DNA from: Halocafeteria seosinensis
Taxonomy: Eukaryota
Length of the DNA: 47,660 nucleotides
Assembly (NCBI GenBank): GCA_001687465.1
Contig: LVLI01000522.1
Coordinates: 62,001-109,660 of the forward strand
Reading direction: 5' to 3'
In this document: in pieces, positions 37,276 to 47,660 of the stretch
Position numbering within the stretch: the stretch's first letter is position 1
Layout of the letters: every line of letters starts with the position of its first letter
Made by a program: the position numbers and the translations under genes
The notes under the pieces: generated by a model
Seen by the model: the letters and a program-made list of their open reading frames with translations, nothing else
What the model was told of the DNA's origin: nothing
Database searches by the model: none

Positions 37276-38077
37276 ACCTGGGACGCTAAACAAAATCCCG
37301 TTGTTCTCGCTCATGCTGAGTCACAGTTGCCGCGCGTTATCATACTTCCGCCCATTAAGTTTAAGGGATTCTGACGAGTTCAGGCAGTCAATCGAAACTC
37401 GGTGTAAGTAACTGCGGGGCTGCCAATCAGAAATTCTTCAGAGTGACTCAAACTAAATGGCAGACAGCGTAGAAGATAAACGAAAATGTTATTGGCATCT
37501 GGATAAGGCATTCATCCACCATCGCTTTGGCGATTTATTTACTGAGATCGCGGTGAAATACTGTCAACCACTTTGAAGGACGTTTGCAAATACGGCAGGG
37601 GATTACTGCAATCGAATCCGGTTTATATCTGATGATTTGCAAGTACATGTTTGTGCGAAAAAGTTTTTAGCTTTTTCCGATTTCCAGGACGCTAGTTTCC
37701 ATGGTAAAGACAAACAGAAAATAAATCGCAATCGATTGACAATTTCGTGTTCATTTCAAATCCCGTATGTAGGTAGTGTCAAACATCGGAACAAACTCAG
37801 ATTGCCCAAACAAACCAGGAACTAAAAATAAATATCGCTGCAACTGTCCGGCAGTTTCATGCGTGAACTCGTACATTGTATTGTAGCACTTACGGTACAT
37901 TGTAGCACTTCCCGTGTTGGTGAGGAAGTTGAAGTTTGGTCGCAATATCCCGTCTATTGGCTGTATTAAGTCATCATTTGTACCAAGTTTCACTAAGGTT
38001 TGATCGCTTGTGTTCCAAAAACATAAAATAAATAGGGTAGAAAATAGGTTAGAATTTGTTGGAGTTTGAACGATACG

Positions 38078-39418
38078 ATGTTTACGACGGCCTCCAATGT
38101 CTTGCGACGGGGTATCCACCGACCCCATACGCATACGACGCCGTTTATGGCTTCCACAAAGTGTATTTCCCCTTCTTTTCCCGTGAACAATGGCGTACGG
38201 ACGCTGTCCGCTTGGGCGAACGTGCCCATGGGACCACCCGACCCGATACTGGGCCTGAATGAGGCGTTTAAAAAGGACGAGTCACCTAACAAAGTGAACT
38301 TGGGCGTGGGAGCCTACCGGGATGAAGCCGGGAACCCGTATGTGTTGGAAACGGTGCAAGAAGCGCAGCGCAGGATTGTCGACCGAAAAATGGACCATGA
38401 ATATGCGCCCATCGCCGGCGTACCAGGGTTTGCCGAATTGGCTGCCGAATTCATGTATGGCCACCAGTCTCCCGCACTTCAGGAGAACCGTGTAGCCAGT
38501 GTACAAGCTTTATCAGGTACGGGCGCTCTACGAGTAATGGGAAGCTTCCTCAAGGAGTTTCTAGCTAACGGGGAAGCGAAGCCTATCTACCTACCAAACC
38601 CGACGTGGGGGAATCATAACAAGGTTTTCACTGCCGCGGGACTTGTGCCGAAACAGTACCGCTACTATGATCGCGAGAATATTGGTCTAGATTTTGAAGG
38701 CATGTATGAAGACATTGCGTCTGCTGAAGAAGGATCATTTGTTTTGCTCCATGCCTGTGCGCATAATCCTACGGGGATAGATCCGACACGAGAGCAGTGG
38801 TCTCGTCTGAGCCAATTGATGAAGAAGAAAAATCATATCGTCCTGTTTGACTCTGCCTACCAAGGATTTGCCAGCGGAAACGCCACAGAAGATGCTCATG
38901 CTGTTCGTAAGTTCGTGGAGGATGGCCACTGCTTGATGCTTGCTCAGAGTTTTGCGAAAAATTTTGGACTTTACGGGGAAAGAGTAGGTGCCTTATCGGT
39001 AGTATGTGACAAGCCGGAAGAGAAAGAACGGGTGCTTTCTCAGCTAAAGATTCTAATTAGAGCTATGTATTCTAATCCTCCGATACATGGTGCTCGTATT
39101 GTTAAAGAGATATTGGGCGACGAAGAGCTCCGCGAAAAGTGGAATGGAGAGTGTAAGGGGATGGCTGATCGAATAAATGGAATGCGTCAGAGCCTTCGCG
39201 AGGAGCTAGAGAAACGAAATGCTGGTGATCGTCCTTGGAACCATATCACAGACCAAATTGGCATGTTTTGCTTCAGTGGTCTGACGGAGGAGCAGGTATC
39301 AAGAATGATCCAGGATCAGCACGTATACATGACAAAGGACGGACGTATCAGTATGGCTGGGATCACGCCATCAAACGTTAGCTACGTGGCGGAGAGTATC
39401 GCTAAAGTATTAAAGTAG
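38078..39418 (+). CDS. GOT2: Aspartate aminotransferase, mitochondrial type, intronless (446 aa)
   Basis: WANVPMGPPDPILG, NLGVGAYRD, HACAHNPTGIDP, PLP-lysine motif QSFAKNFGLYGER, DGRISMAG; acid-free Arg/Ser/Thr-rich N-terminal presequence. Confidence 0.96.
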   Translation: MFTTASNVLRRGIHRPHTHTTPFMASTKCISPSFPVNNGVRTLSAWANVPMGPPDPILGLNEAFKKDESPNKVNLGVGAYRDEAGNPYVLETVQEAQRRIVDRKMDHEYAPIAGVPGFAELAAEFMYGHQSPALQENRVASVQALSGTGALRVMGSFLKEFLANGEAKPIYLPNPTWGNHNKVFTAAGLVPKQYRYYDRENIGLDFEGMYEDIASAEEGSFVLLHACAHNPTGIDPTREQWSRLSQLMKKKNHIVLFDSAYQGFASGNATEDAHAVRKFVEDGHCLMLAQSFAKNFGLYGERVGALSVVCDKPEEKERVLSQLKILIRAMYSNPPIHGARIVKEILGDEELREKWNGECKGMADRINGMRQSLREELEKRNAGDRPWNHITDQIGMFCFSGLTEEQVSRMIQDQHVYMTKDGRISMAGITPSNVSYVAESIAKVLK

Positions 39419-39552
39419 ATCTAACGTGTTCGTCGACTAGGAGCGGTAGAGATTCAATGCTTACATAAACGGTCATGTTATTTGTCCGCATGCAACTGAT
39501 GCATTTCAGTGCGTATGCGGTTGTCGTACGAACAACCTTCTCGACAGTAGCA

Positions 39553-42500
39553 CTAGAACCACAGTGGTCCCTGTGGGCACTCTTCTAGATATGTCGATAA
39601 GTCTGTGCTAGAAACATGAGTACCTTTTAAGGGCAAGGTGATCATGGAGCCCGAACTCCGTGTCATTGGTTGCGAAATTTCTGTGTCATGTTCTTCCTCC
39701 TCTTCTTCAGGAAGAAAGAACGTATCATTCTGTACCTGAGGACGAGATTCATGCATCGATCGAAAGTCGGGCATTGTAATCGAAGTCTGTAAAGTTATCG
39801 GTTTAGAAGTAGGGCTGCTACGTTGTTGCTGGATATCTCTGCTTTCTTTCATTCGGCTTCGTTCCACTTCTTTCTGCAGGGCCCGGAGTAACTCCGCTAC
39901 GTCGGAAGGATCCTCCACAAAGTATTGAGCTGCAGAGGGAGACTTGCCAACTACAACGGAGAACTGATATACGTCTTCCCGCGCGAAGTGCTCAACACCT
40001 TCATTATTTAAAGAAGCTAAGCTTTGATGGCTACCGCTTGATGCGGAACGCAGCGAAGTTATTGAAGAAGAACTCTCCAGGAGTCCCTGACGTGGTTTTC
40101 TAGAGAGGTCTGTATGATGGTGCTTCCAATTACTGGATTGACTACGCCCCGGATGGGGAATATCATGTTTCTCCGTCTTCTGTTTTTGGTGGAAGCCCGT
40201 GCGGTCTCGAGACGACAGGGCTGAACCACTTGCAGATCTGTTAATTGGCAACTTAGAATTGCTAGTATTTTCGAGGAAATTGCTGCGTGTTCCCCGGTGC
40301 TGGTGCCTCTTGATCATGTCCCAACGCTCTCTTAATTTAGAAAACATAAGCTCATCAGCTGTATCATCGCCAATAGCGAATAAGAGATCAACAGGAGCAA
40401 CAGCATCCTTATTTTTAACTTTTGCTGGCCGACTTTCAGAATCGCTTTCTCCACCCGCCTCTTCGTTTTTGTTCCTCGGAGATTCATCTTGTTGGGTTCT
40501 GTTGTAAACAGTCGAATTGTTCGTACCTTGTGAGAACACAATTTTAGAGCTTCTTCCTTCCAGAAGATCGACAAAGTGTTGTACAATCACACCCTTGTTT
40601 ACACCCTTCGGTCGAACTTCTACATACATGATACCCATAACCACTTCTATCGGGAAATTCTTCAACACTGAGTTCAAGTGATCCTGTAGCTCCTTCGCTT
40701 GCATCAAACCGAATTCAGAGTCGGCGTCCGCAAAGTGCCAAACCATAGCGCTTCCTTTCGTCGAGATGTACGTCCCATTCGTTCTCGCTGTGTAACTTTC
40801 CATTATGGTATACGCAAGTCCTTGCCAACTATAGTCGAAATGCTCTCCAATTTGGTACCAGCCCGATCGCGATGGGGACGTAGTGGGGAAGTTACAGCCG
40901 GTTCCAAACTTGTAATAGAATCCTTGCTCTGCAGCCAAGCATAACTCGGGGCAGTCCGGAAATATACGGTCGAGAACATACCGTTCTTTCCCGGAAACTA
41001 TCAGCACGGTGTTCCGTGGGTCGGACGCTAGATCTCGAAGGGCTTGAAGCACCTCCTGGGGAACTGGAGATTCCTCAAGTAAACTCTCCGTCGGTACACC
41101 CATTTCCAGCGCTTTTCTTTTCATACTTGTACCATCCTCTTGAGTGTCGTCGACCAAATTTAAGACTCCTCCGTAATCAAACACAAAAAGCCTCTTCTTG
41201 GTGCGCTTGTATGCGCGAATGACATCCTCATTATCTAGTTGCTGAAAATCACACGGGAACGCAGTCTGTCGGTAGTGGAAACCAAATCCGTAACCCATGT
41301 ATGTTCGGGCCGTTGCTTGCTTCGATGCTCGTTTCAAGTCCATGAGTACACGAATCGCCCAGGTTGACGTCGTGCAACTGTTGATGAACGACATGTTACT
41401 ATTTGCGCGATCGGAAGCTTCATCCTCCGACATCTCAAGAGAGGAAGCAATAGCCGACAAAACATGGTCGTGCTGCCACGGATTGACACGCAGGGCACCA
41501 TTCAGTACCCTGGAACAGCCAGAAAACTCAGACACTATTACCTTCCCCGTTTCGCTTCTAGGCACACAATTCACGATAGCACTATCTTTTGAAGTTACGA
41601 ATGCATATTCAAGAGCCCAGAGATTCAAACTGTCTCGAATCGGAGTTGATAGGAAAATGTCTGCACAGCTCCAGAGACCAAGCCTATCATCTAGCGACAA
41701 AGTCCCTTGGCGTTTCAAAAGATACACAATGGGACCATCTATCTTAGGGGGAATACCACACGAGTCTCCAAATTCGCTTTGCGTCCCATCAAACCGCCGA
41801 TTGATCCGATCCGCCAATTGTACTGCTTCCCGCAGCGTAGCTTCGCAGTCTGCTTTCCGGGACAGATCTATCAATCCTACTTGGATAAGGCACACACTAG
41901 GCGTCCACCGAGGATATTCCTCCAGGAAAAGTTCGAACGCCAAGAGTTTCAAAGGAATACCCTTCAAACGCTCCAGGCTTTCCACTCCGGCAATGATTTT
42001 CGGCTCTTGCGATAGGTTACTATACTGTATGCGGCTTTTTGCGATCATCTCTTTGAAGTACTTGCACTGGTCTAGAGCAACTTCCTGTTTCAAACGGTTG
42101 GCAAGAATATCTGGTTCAATGCCCACATGCGAAACAGTAATAACGACGTCTCTACCCTGATAGTGCAGCGCTATACGGCCTCCAGGCTTATGCGTATAGT
42201 CTAGCCCTAGAATTCTTCGACAACATGTCACAAAATGCCGCGCGTACTCATACAAATGAAAACCAATGTGATCAGCGCAAATCATACCCCGCAAAAGATC
42301 ATCTCGCATACTCAGCGTTCGGAATATTTCACTGCTCGGGAAAGGACTGTGAATAAACAAACCAATGTTAGCGCTCCTGAGATGTCGCCGCACCAAGAAG
42401 CTCGGAAGCAGCAGTAGGTGGTAGTCGTGGATCCACACAAGGTCACCTTCATTGTAAGCCTCTACGACTTTCTCCGCGAAAATCCGGTTTACATCTGTGT

Positions 42501-43720
42501 ATGCTTTCCAACGCCCACCCTGCTTGGTGCGGTTCCACCATCGCGTCGGGTATTCCCCGTAAACATCTACGACGTTGTGGAAGACAGGCCATAAGGTATC
42601 TTTGCAGAAGCCCTCGTAGAATTCCTGAGACAGTTTCTCTCCAAGGAACACGGGTATACAACGAAAAGGCGCCAAGGCGCTGATCACGGCTTCTTGTTCT
42701 TTCTCTGGTACATAAACGTTCGGTACTCCTACCCATTGAATCCTGACATTCGTCTGTTGAGGAATAGTATGCCTTTTGCGGGAAAGAAGGTGTTCATCAT
42801 CCCACGATACGTGCCAGGAACCATCCGCTCGTCTCGACAGCAAGACAGGTAGATGATACTGAGCAATGACGACCCCATCGCCATCTTCAATTCCCACCTC
42901 GTCAAATCGTTTCGGAAACGATGATTCCAGACTATTCAATCGCGGATTATTGTCGCGGGTTTTCTGGTGCGTCGATCCCCAACTGACGGACCTGGCGGTC
43001 GAACTTCCCGGTGCAGTTCTATCCGTTGCAGCTAAACTGCTCCTAAGGCCTGATCTGTTGCTTTGCTGCTCCCTGTTTTGCCCCAGATTTTCGCCGTCGC
43101 GACCGTCAGAATTTACCGTTTCGGCTCCAGCAGGGGCGAACGAAGCTTCGGTGGTTTCTGACGGTACCGCGTACGAAGATGAAAAACAAGCCCCTGTTTC
43201 TCCCTCCATTGACTGATAGCTCGATTCTTTGCGCCCAAAAGCGTCAAAGACGGTCACATTGTAATCACTGACGGTGAGTACGCGTGACCCCTCCAGCGGC
43301 TCCCATTGCTGCACGCATCCCAGACGTAATTCATACTCCATACAGAGAGAGGTCGGTAAATCAGACACTTACAACAAACTGTCTTTTATTATTGGTGATC
43401 ATGTATTTGTAGTGGACCTCCGTTCCCATGGGTATATCCACCGCCACAGCGGTCTTGTAGCGGGTCTGATCATGCGAATCTTCAAGAAGCGGCACAGATT
43501 TGTCCGCTTGCCACATTCCTGCAATGGTCCAAAAATGAGCAAGCAACGAGGATTCCAGTGATGTACCAAATTAGAAAGAGTGCCCTTGGATACGTATAAA
43601 TACCGGTAAAGCATTGAACATACCTAGCGCCGGGTGGTTACCGGCTAAAGCAATGCCATTTTCTGTTCCCACTTCATTGCTGGGGTCATGCAGGCAGAAG
43701 GATATTCTGCAGAACACCAT
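39553..43720 (-). CDS. TPS: Trehalose-6-phosphate synthase/phosphatase fusion with N-terminal CBM20 starch-binding module (~1332 aa)
   Basis: GT20 motifs FYEGFCKDTLWPVFH, WIHDYHLLLLP, FIHSPFPSSEIFR, VSEFSGCSRVL; HAD region FDYGG, VSGKE, EVRPKGVNKG, IGDDTADE; CBM20-like LAGNHPALGMW...YKY...WE. Introns 43519-43623 and 43309-43372. Confidence 0.93.
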
Positions 43721-44018
43721 GAGACAAGTGAACCACCATCGTATCTTGGAAAATTCAGCTATAAAAGGCCATTCACAAGACGAAAAAACCCTATTGTCGG
43801 TGCGTACTTCGCTGTGGGACTCTCCATTGTTGTGTGCGCGATACAGGTCTACGAGAGCCGTCGTTTTCGGACAAGCACAAGGCAATTTGTCTTGGCTACT
43901 TGTACATGTACGGAAATAGCTGTGGTGTCGCGTATAAAGCGTCGAAAACAAGGCAATTCTCTTTGTCTTTGAAGTTCGTTTCCACCGTCACGTATACGTG
44001 TCAAGTTTTACAATGATA

Positions 44019-44306
44019 CAACCATGTTTCGGTCCATTCGAAACGGTTGGACGCATTCCAGCATGCTGGCCTCCTTGCTAGCAGCAGTCTCTATGCTACT
44101 CGGAAGACAAGAGGCGCCACAAAACTGCCATGGGACAATCCGAAAGGACTTAAAGGGATTGAAGCCTCCTTCTCGAGGTTCAGACGGAGATGGACCTTTT
44201 TTGTTGTTTTCCACAAAGGGGAACCCAAGGGGAGCCATCGTCCCTGGTCGGCAATAAAGTGCCAGGCAGCGGTGAAAGGATTGATTATTGTCTTTGTGGA
44301 CTGAAC
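44019..44306 (+). ncRNA. Candidate structured non-coding RNA or structured 5' leader, family unknown
   Basis: Dense series of complementary segments, including GGTCCAT (44031-44037) with ATGGACC (44190-44196) directly followed by T6. Not matched to any known family by eye. Confidence 0.3.
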
Positions 44307-44534
44307 GAAATGTTTGTTGTGTGCAATAACTTCAACTTGGGGTGCTGGGGGGACGACGTTCAACAGGTTTTATCGCGTCTGGGTTGTCCTTGTGGCACAC
44401 ACAGGCTCTACGAGGGTATCATTCGTTTCTGTAGTGTGTAGGTGGATTGCGGCACCTTGGCGAGTAAAGGAGAGTGTGGATTGGAGTGCTCGTGGAGAGG
44501 GCGTAATACTTGTGACGTGGGAAGTTGAATAACC

Positions 44535-46013
44535 ATGACGTCAGAACAATCGTCTAAAGAGGAGCATGTGGCTGTTGTAGGCGCTGGATTGGCCGGTTCT
44601 CTGTTGGCAGTCTTCCTCGGCCGGCGGGGGTACCATGTGGATCTCTTTGAAAAGCGTGAAGACTTTCGTACGGGGGTGGAAGAGGAACAGAATGATGATA
44701 CTGTAGGACGGTTGTCCGACTCCCAGAAACGATCTATTAACTTGGCGCTGTCCCATCGAGGACGAGAGGGATTGCGAGCTTTGGGTCTCGAGGACAAGGT
44801 AATGGAACGTGTCGTGCCTATGAGATGCCGGGCAATTCATTCCAAAGACGGGAATATGAGTTACCAGCCGTACTCCACGACAGGAGAATGCATCTATTCA
44901 GTTTCAAGACAGATGCTGAATCACCTGCTTTTGGATGAGGCTGACAAGTATCATAAAGTTCGCACATTTTTCGGCTGTAAAATTACCAACATTGCGAAAG
45001 ACGGCACGCTAAACTTTACCAAACAAGATGGCACCCAGGAAAGCAAGCACTACCGGTGCGTATTCGGAGCAGATGGAGCATATAGCGCAGTGAGACAAGC
45101 AATTCTACGGTACTCGAGAGCTAACTTCTCGAGAGAATACATTGCTCACGGATACAAAGAACTGACGATGCCGCCCAACGCAGATGGAGACTACGTGCTT
45201 TCATGCCCCAATGCGCTCCACATTTGGCCGCGACACGAGTTTATGATGATTGCCCTTCCGAATCCTGACAAGTCCTTCACGTGTACAATGTTTGCACCTT
45301 ATGAAACATGTAAGTGATGCATTCTCTCCTTCACAATGGTAATAATTGATGCTACAAATGCCTATGCTTTGAGATGTGCAGTTGACGATTTGAATAGTAA
45401 CTCCCAACAAGTACAGCCTTTCTTCGAGCAAAACTTTCCAGATGCTGTGCCTCTCATTCCGAAGATAAAAGAACAGTTTGCTCACAACCCGACGGGCGCA
45501 CTGGTAACAATTCGCATGAAACCCTGGAACTTAAATGACAGGATCGTTGTTATGGGAGATGCCGCACATGCCGTAGTCCCGTTCTTTGGTCAAGGAATGA
45601 ATGCTGCATTTGAAGATGTTCTGTCATTCGATGAAACTCTTGTTTCCAATAATTTCGACCTTAGCACGGCAGTCCCTCAATGGGCGAGGGAGAGGCAGCC
45701 TGCAGGGGATGGAATCGCAGATCTCAGTTACGGCAACTACATAGAAATGCGTTCTCACACGGCGTCAACACGTTTTCTTCTTCGAAAGCGTCTTGAATCT
45801 GTAATTCATTGGATGTTTCCTAAGAGTTGGGTCCCGCTGTATACCATGGTTTCGTTCACAAGAACTCCGTATCACATTGCCAAGCAACGGGCCGAACGTC
45901 AGGAGAAAATCTTGAAGTATGCTGAATACGCCTCCTATAGTGTCATACTGGGAGGCCTTGCAGCAGTGGCCGCTAAATATGGTGGCAAGTATATTGATAA
46001 GTTGAAATGGTAG
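44535..46013 (+). CDS. KMO: Kynurenine 3-monooxygenase (468 aa)
   Basis: VVGAGLAG, RSINLALSHRG, GADGAYSAVR, LHIWPR, GDAAHAVVPFFGQGMNAAFED, NYIEMR, PLYTMVSF, C-terminal hydrophobic anchor. Intron 45310-45381. Confidence 0.96.
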
Positions 46014-46196
46014 ACCTTCTCCTTTGTCTCTACACTCCCAACAACGATATTTTGAAGGCAGACATATAAAGGCCTCAGTAAAATGAGTTACACCCGGGAA
46101 GAGACATAAAGAAAGCCCTACTTGTACTATCATAGATGGATATGTGCTAGGATAGCTTTGACGCTATGATACCGGCAGAATGTAAGCTCTAGGAGC

Positions 46197-47242
46197 CTAC
46201 AATATGGAGCATTTCTTTTTCCTATCACCACCTTCTGGCTTTGCATTCCTTTCCTCAGGAGTTCTACCGGCTCCCATAACGGATCCGCCCCCGCCACCTT
46301 TCTGCGGGTCAACACTTTGCCTCAGCACTTCCTGGACCATTTTCGTAAATACTTCGTCTACACCAATGTTATCTTTGGAGGAAACTTCAAACGAAGGAAC
46401 ACCCCATTCGCGCGCTTTCGAATTCCTCTCAATAGCTGCTACAGCTCTGTCTGACTCTAAGTCACTCTTTGTTCCCACCAAGAAAATGGGTGGCTGCAAA
46501 CAGCACAAACAACCGTTGACTGTGAAGTCCGCGTGAATACCAGATAAAAAAACGAACCTTATTTGGTGCTTGAGCTTTAAGGATCTCATCACGTAGACGA
46601 TCGAGCTTGCTAAATGTGGTATCATCGGTAATGGAGTACACCAGCAAATAGCCCTGTAACACGAAAAGTTCAACAATTGGTCAACGGCAACGCCCGCTTC
46701 CGGTAGCCTTAAGTTACGTACATCTCCGGTTCCTAACTTTTCACTCCGTAGGTCAGCGTATGCTTCCTGTTAATTGGTCGACAATATTTTGATGGAAAAC
46801 GCATCAACCATTGTATACTCGATGAAGAAGTGGGCTCAGCGGTAGCTTACTTGGCCAGCTGTATCGTCGATCTGGATATGTCTCGGTGCTCCATTCACCT
46901 CCACGTCTTTCGTATACATATCACCTACAGTGGGTAGATACTGCAAATTCACATATCAACACGCATCCAGGTGAGGAAATGAAGCCGAATAAAGCCATTA
47001 ACGGAAGCATCTCTGTTCTTGGGCGGCAAAACCCGGGGTTTCCAGATTCTTGCTCCTTTTTCACTTCATTTCAAAGGCCATGTCGTAGCTCCAGCAGGAC
47101 CACATGGGAGGTCAGCTTTCGTAGATTCATCATAGACACGTACTTGGGCATTAAACTCGCCAGAAGTATAGCGTAAAGTCATGGCTGTCTTCCCAACACC
47201 ACCTTGTCCCATGAGGACAATTTTGATCGCATTCTCTGCCAT
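46197..47242 (-). CDS. Ras-family small GTPase with CaaX box (208 aa, 5 exons)
   Basis: G1 GQGGVGKT, effector YLPTVGD, G3 DTAGQE, G4 TKSD, G5 VSSK, ending KKKCSIL*. Introns 46941-47143, 46767-46850, 46654-46721, 46494-46557. Confidence 0.93.
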
Positions 47243-47377
47243 TTTTCCTTATTTCAGCCTGTCACTCGAACACATGCGTCTACTGTTGGGTCTTTACATG
47301 TGCGAATGTATCAATACGCCTATTATTATCCCTGTACATTGCACTAGCCGTCATCATACTGTCGTAAACTACAAAAA

Positions 47378-47411
47378 GGGTGAGAAGGGGGATCTGAAGG
47401 GGGCGAGGGGG
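47378..47411 (+). promoter_or_regulatory. Canonical G-quadruplex motif upstream of the Ras-family gene
   Basis: GGG-tgagaa-GGGGG-atctgaa-GGGGG-cga-GGGGG fits the G3+N1-7 x4 pattern, about 135 bp upstream of the ATG. Function untested. Confidence 0.45.
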
Positions 47412-47660
47412 ATCTCCAACGTCGTCTGGAACAGTGTTGGGGCACGTCGGTGGCACACGACCCCTGCGCGTGCCCGGCCATTTTTCACGGCACACGGGGT
47501 CCGTGCCTCGTGCCCTGTGCCTGTGCCTACCCCACTTTCACAAATTCTCTTCCAAGGGGTATTAGGACCTAATAAAGCTCATATTGTAATGGTAAACGAT
47601 GTTTCATTGATAAAAAATGGGAATATGTGGAAGTTCTAGTTGGAACTGGCCCTCAGTCGA

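Noticed and set aside
44019..44306. Telomerase RNA, RNase P/MRP, SRP RNA or TPP riboswitch
   Set aside because: I could not find a telomeric template, P4 consensus, SRP helix-8 motif or CUGAGA core by eye; a covariance-model search is still needed.
38078..46013. GOT2 and KMO as a kynurenine pathway cluster
   Set aside because: GOT2 has only a side activity on kynurenine, TPS lies between them, and no other pathway genes are present.
46851..46940. Apparent frameshift in Ras exon 2
   Set aside because: Careful re-reading gives an intact frame, YLPTVGDMYTKDVEVNGAPRHIQIDDTAGQ.
46941..47143. C/D snoRNA in the 203-nt Ras intron (ATGATGA then CTGA on the minus strand)
   Set aside because: There is no distal D box or terminal stem at a suitable distance.
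306..47143. Introner-like repeated introns
   Set aside because: The roughly 47 predicted introns share size and splice signals but no visible internal sequence similarity.

Overview
This is gene-dense eukaryotic nuclear DNA with short GT-AG spliceosomal introns (mostly 59-84 nt, acceptors usually YAG) and the standard genetic code. The gene content points to a stramenopile-like protist (inference). I rebuilt 16 gene models by hand; all multi-exon models keep frame across their introns. In order: a giant USP9/24/34-type deubiquitinase (5'-truncated), a 12-exon GPCR kinase with an RGS-homology domain, an EF-hand/low-complexity protein, CTF18, a very large CD36-family protein, a bacterial/plastid-type TrmB, a triple-WW protein, a prenylated ubiquitin-fold protein (MUB/UBL3), a PCGF-type RING-RAWUL protein, RPL5, UTP11, an LRR protein with an NPF-rich tandem repeat insert, mitochondrial aspartate aminotransferase, a CBM20-TPS-TPP fusion, kynurenine 3-monooxygenase and a divergent Ras-family GTPase. 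I found no rRNA, tRNA, CRISPR array or recognisable transposon, and I cannot claim a clearly novel multi-gene system. The best leads are a highly structured non-coding segment between TPS and KMO, a structured long intron in RPL5, a duplicated WRTPY N-terminal motif, the repeat-invaded LRR protein and a predicted antisense CDS overlap between USP and GRK. All exon boundaries are manual predictions without transcript evidence.
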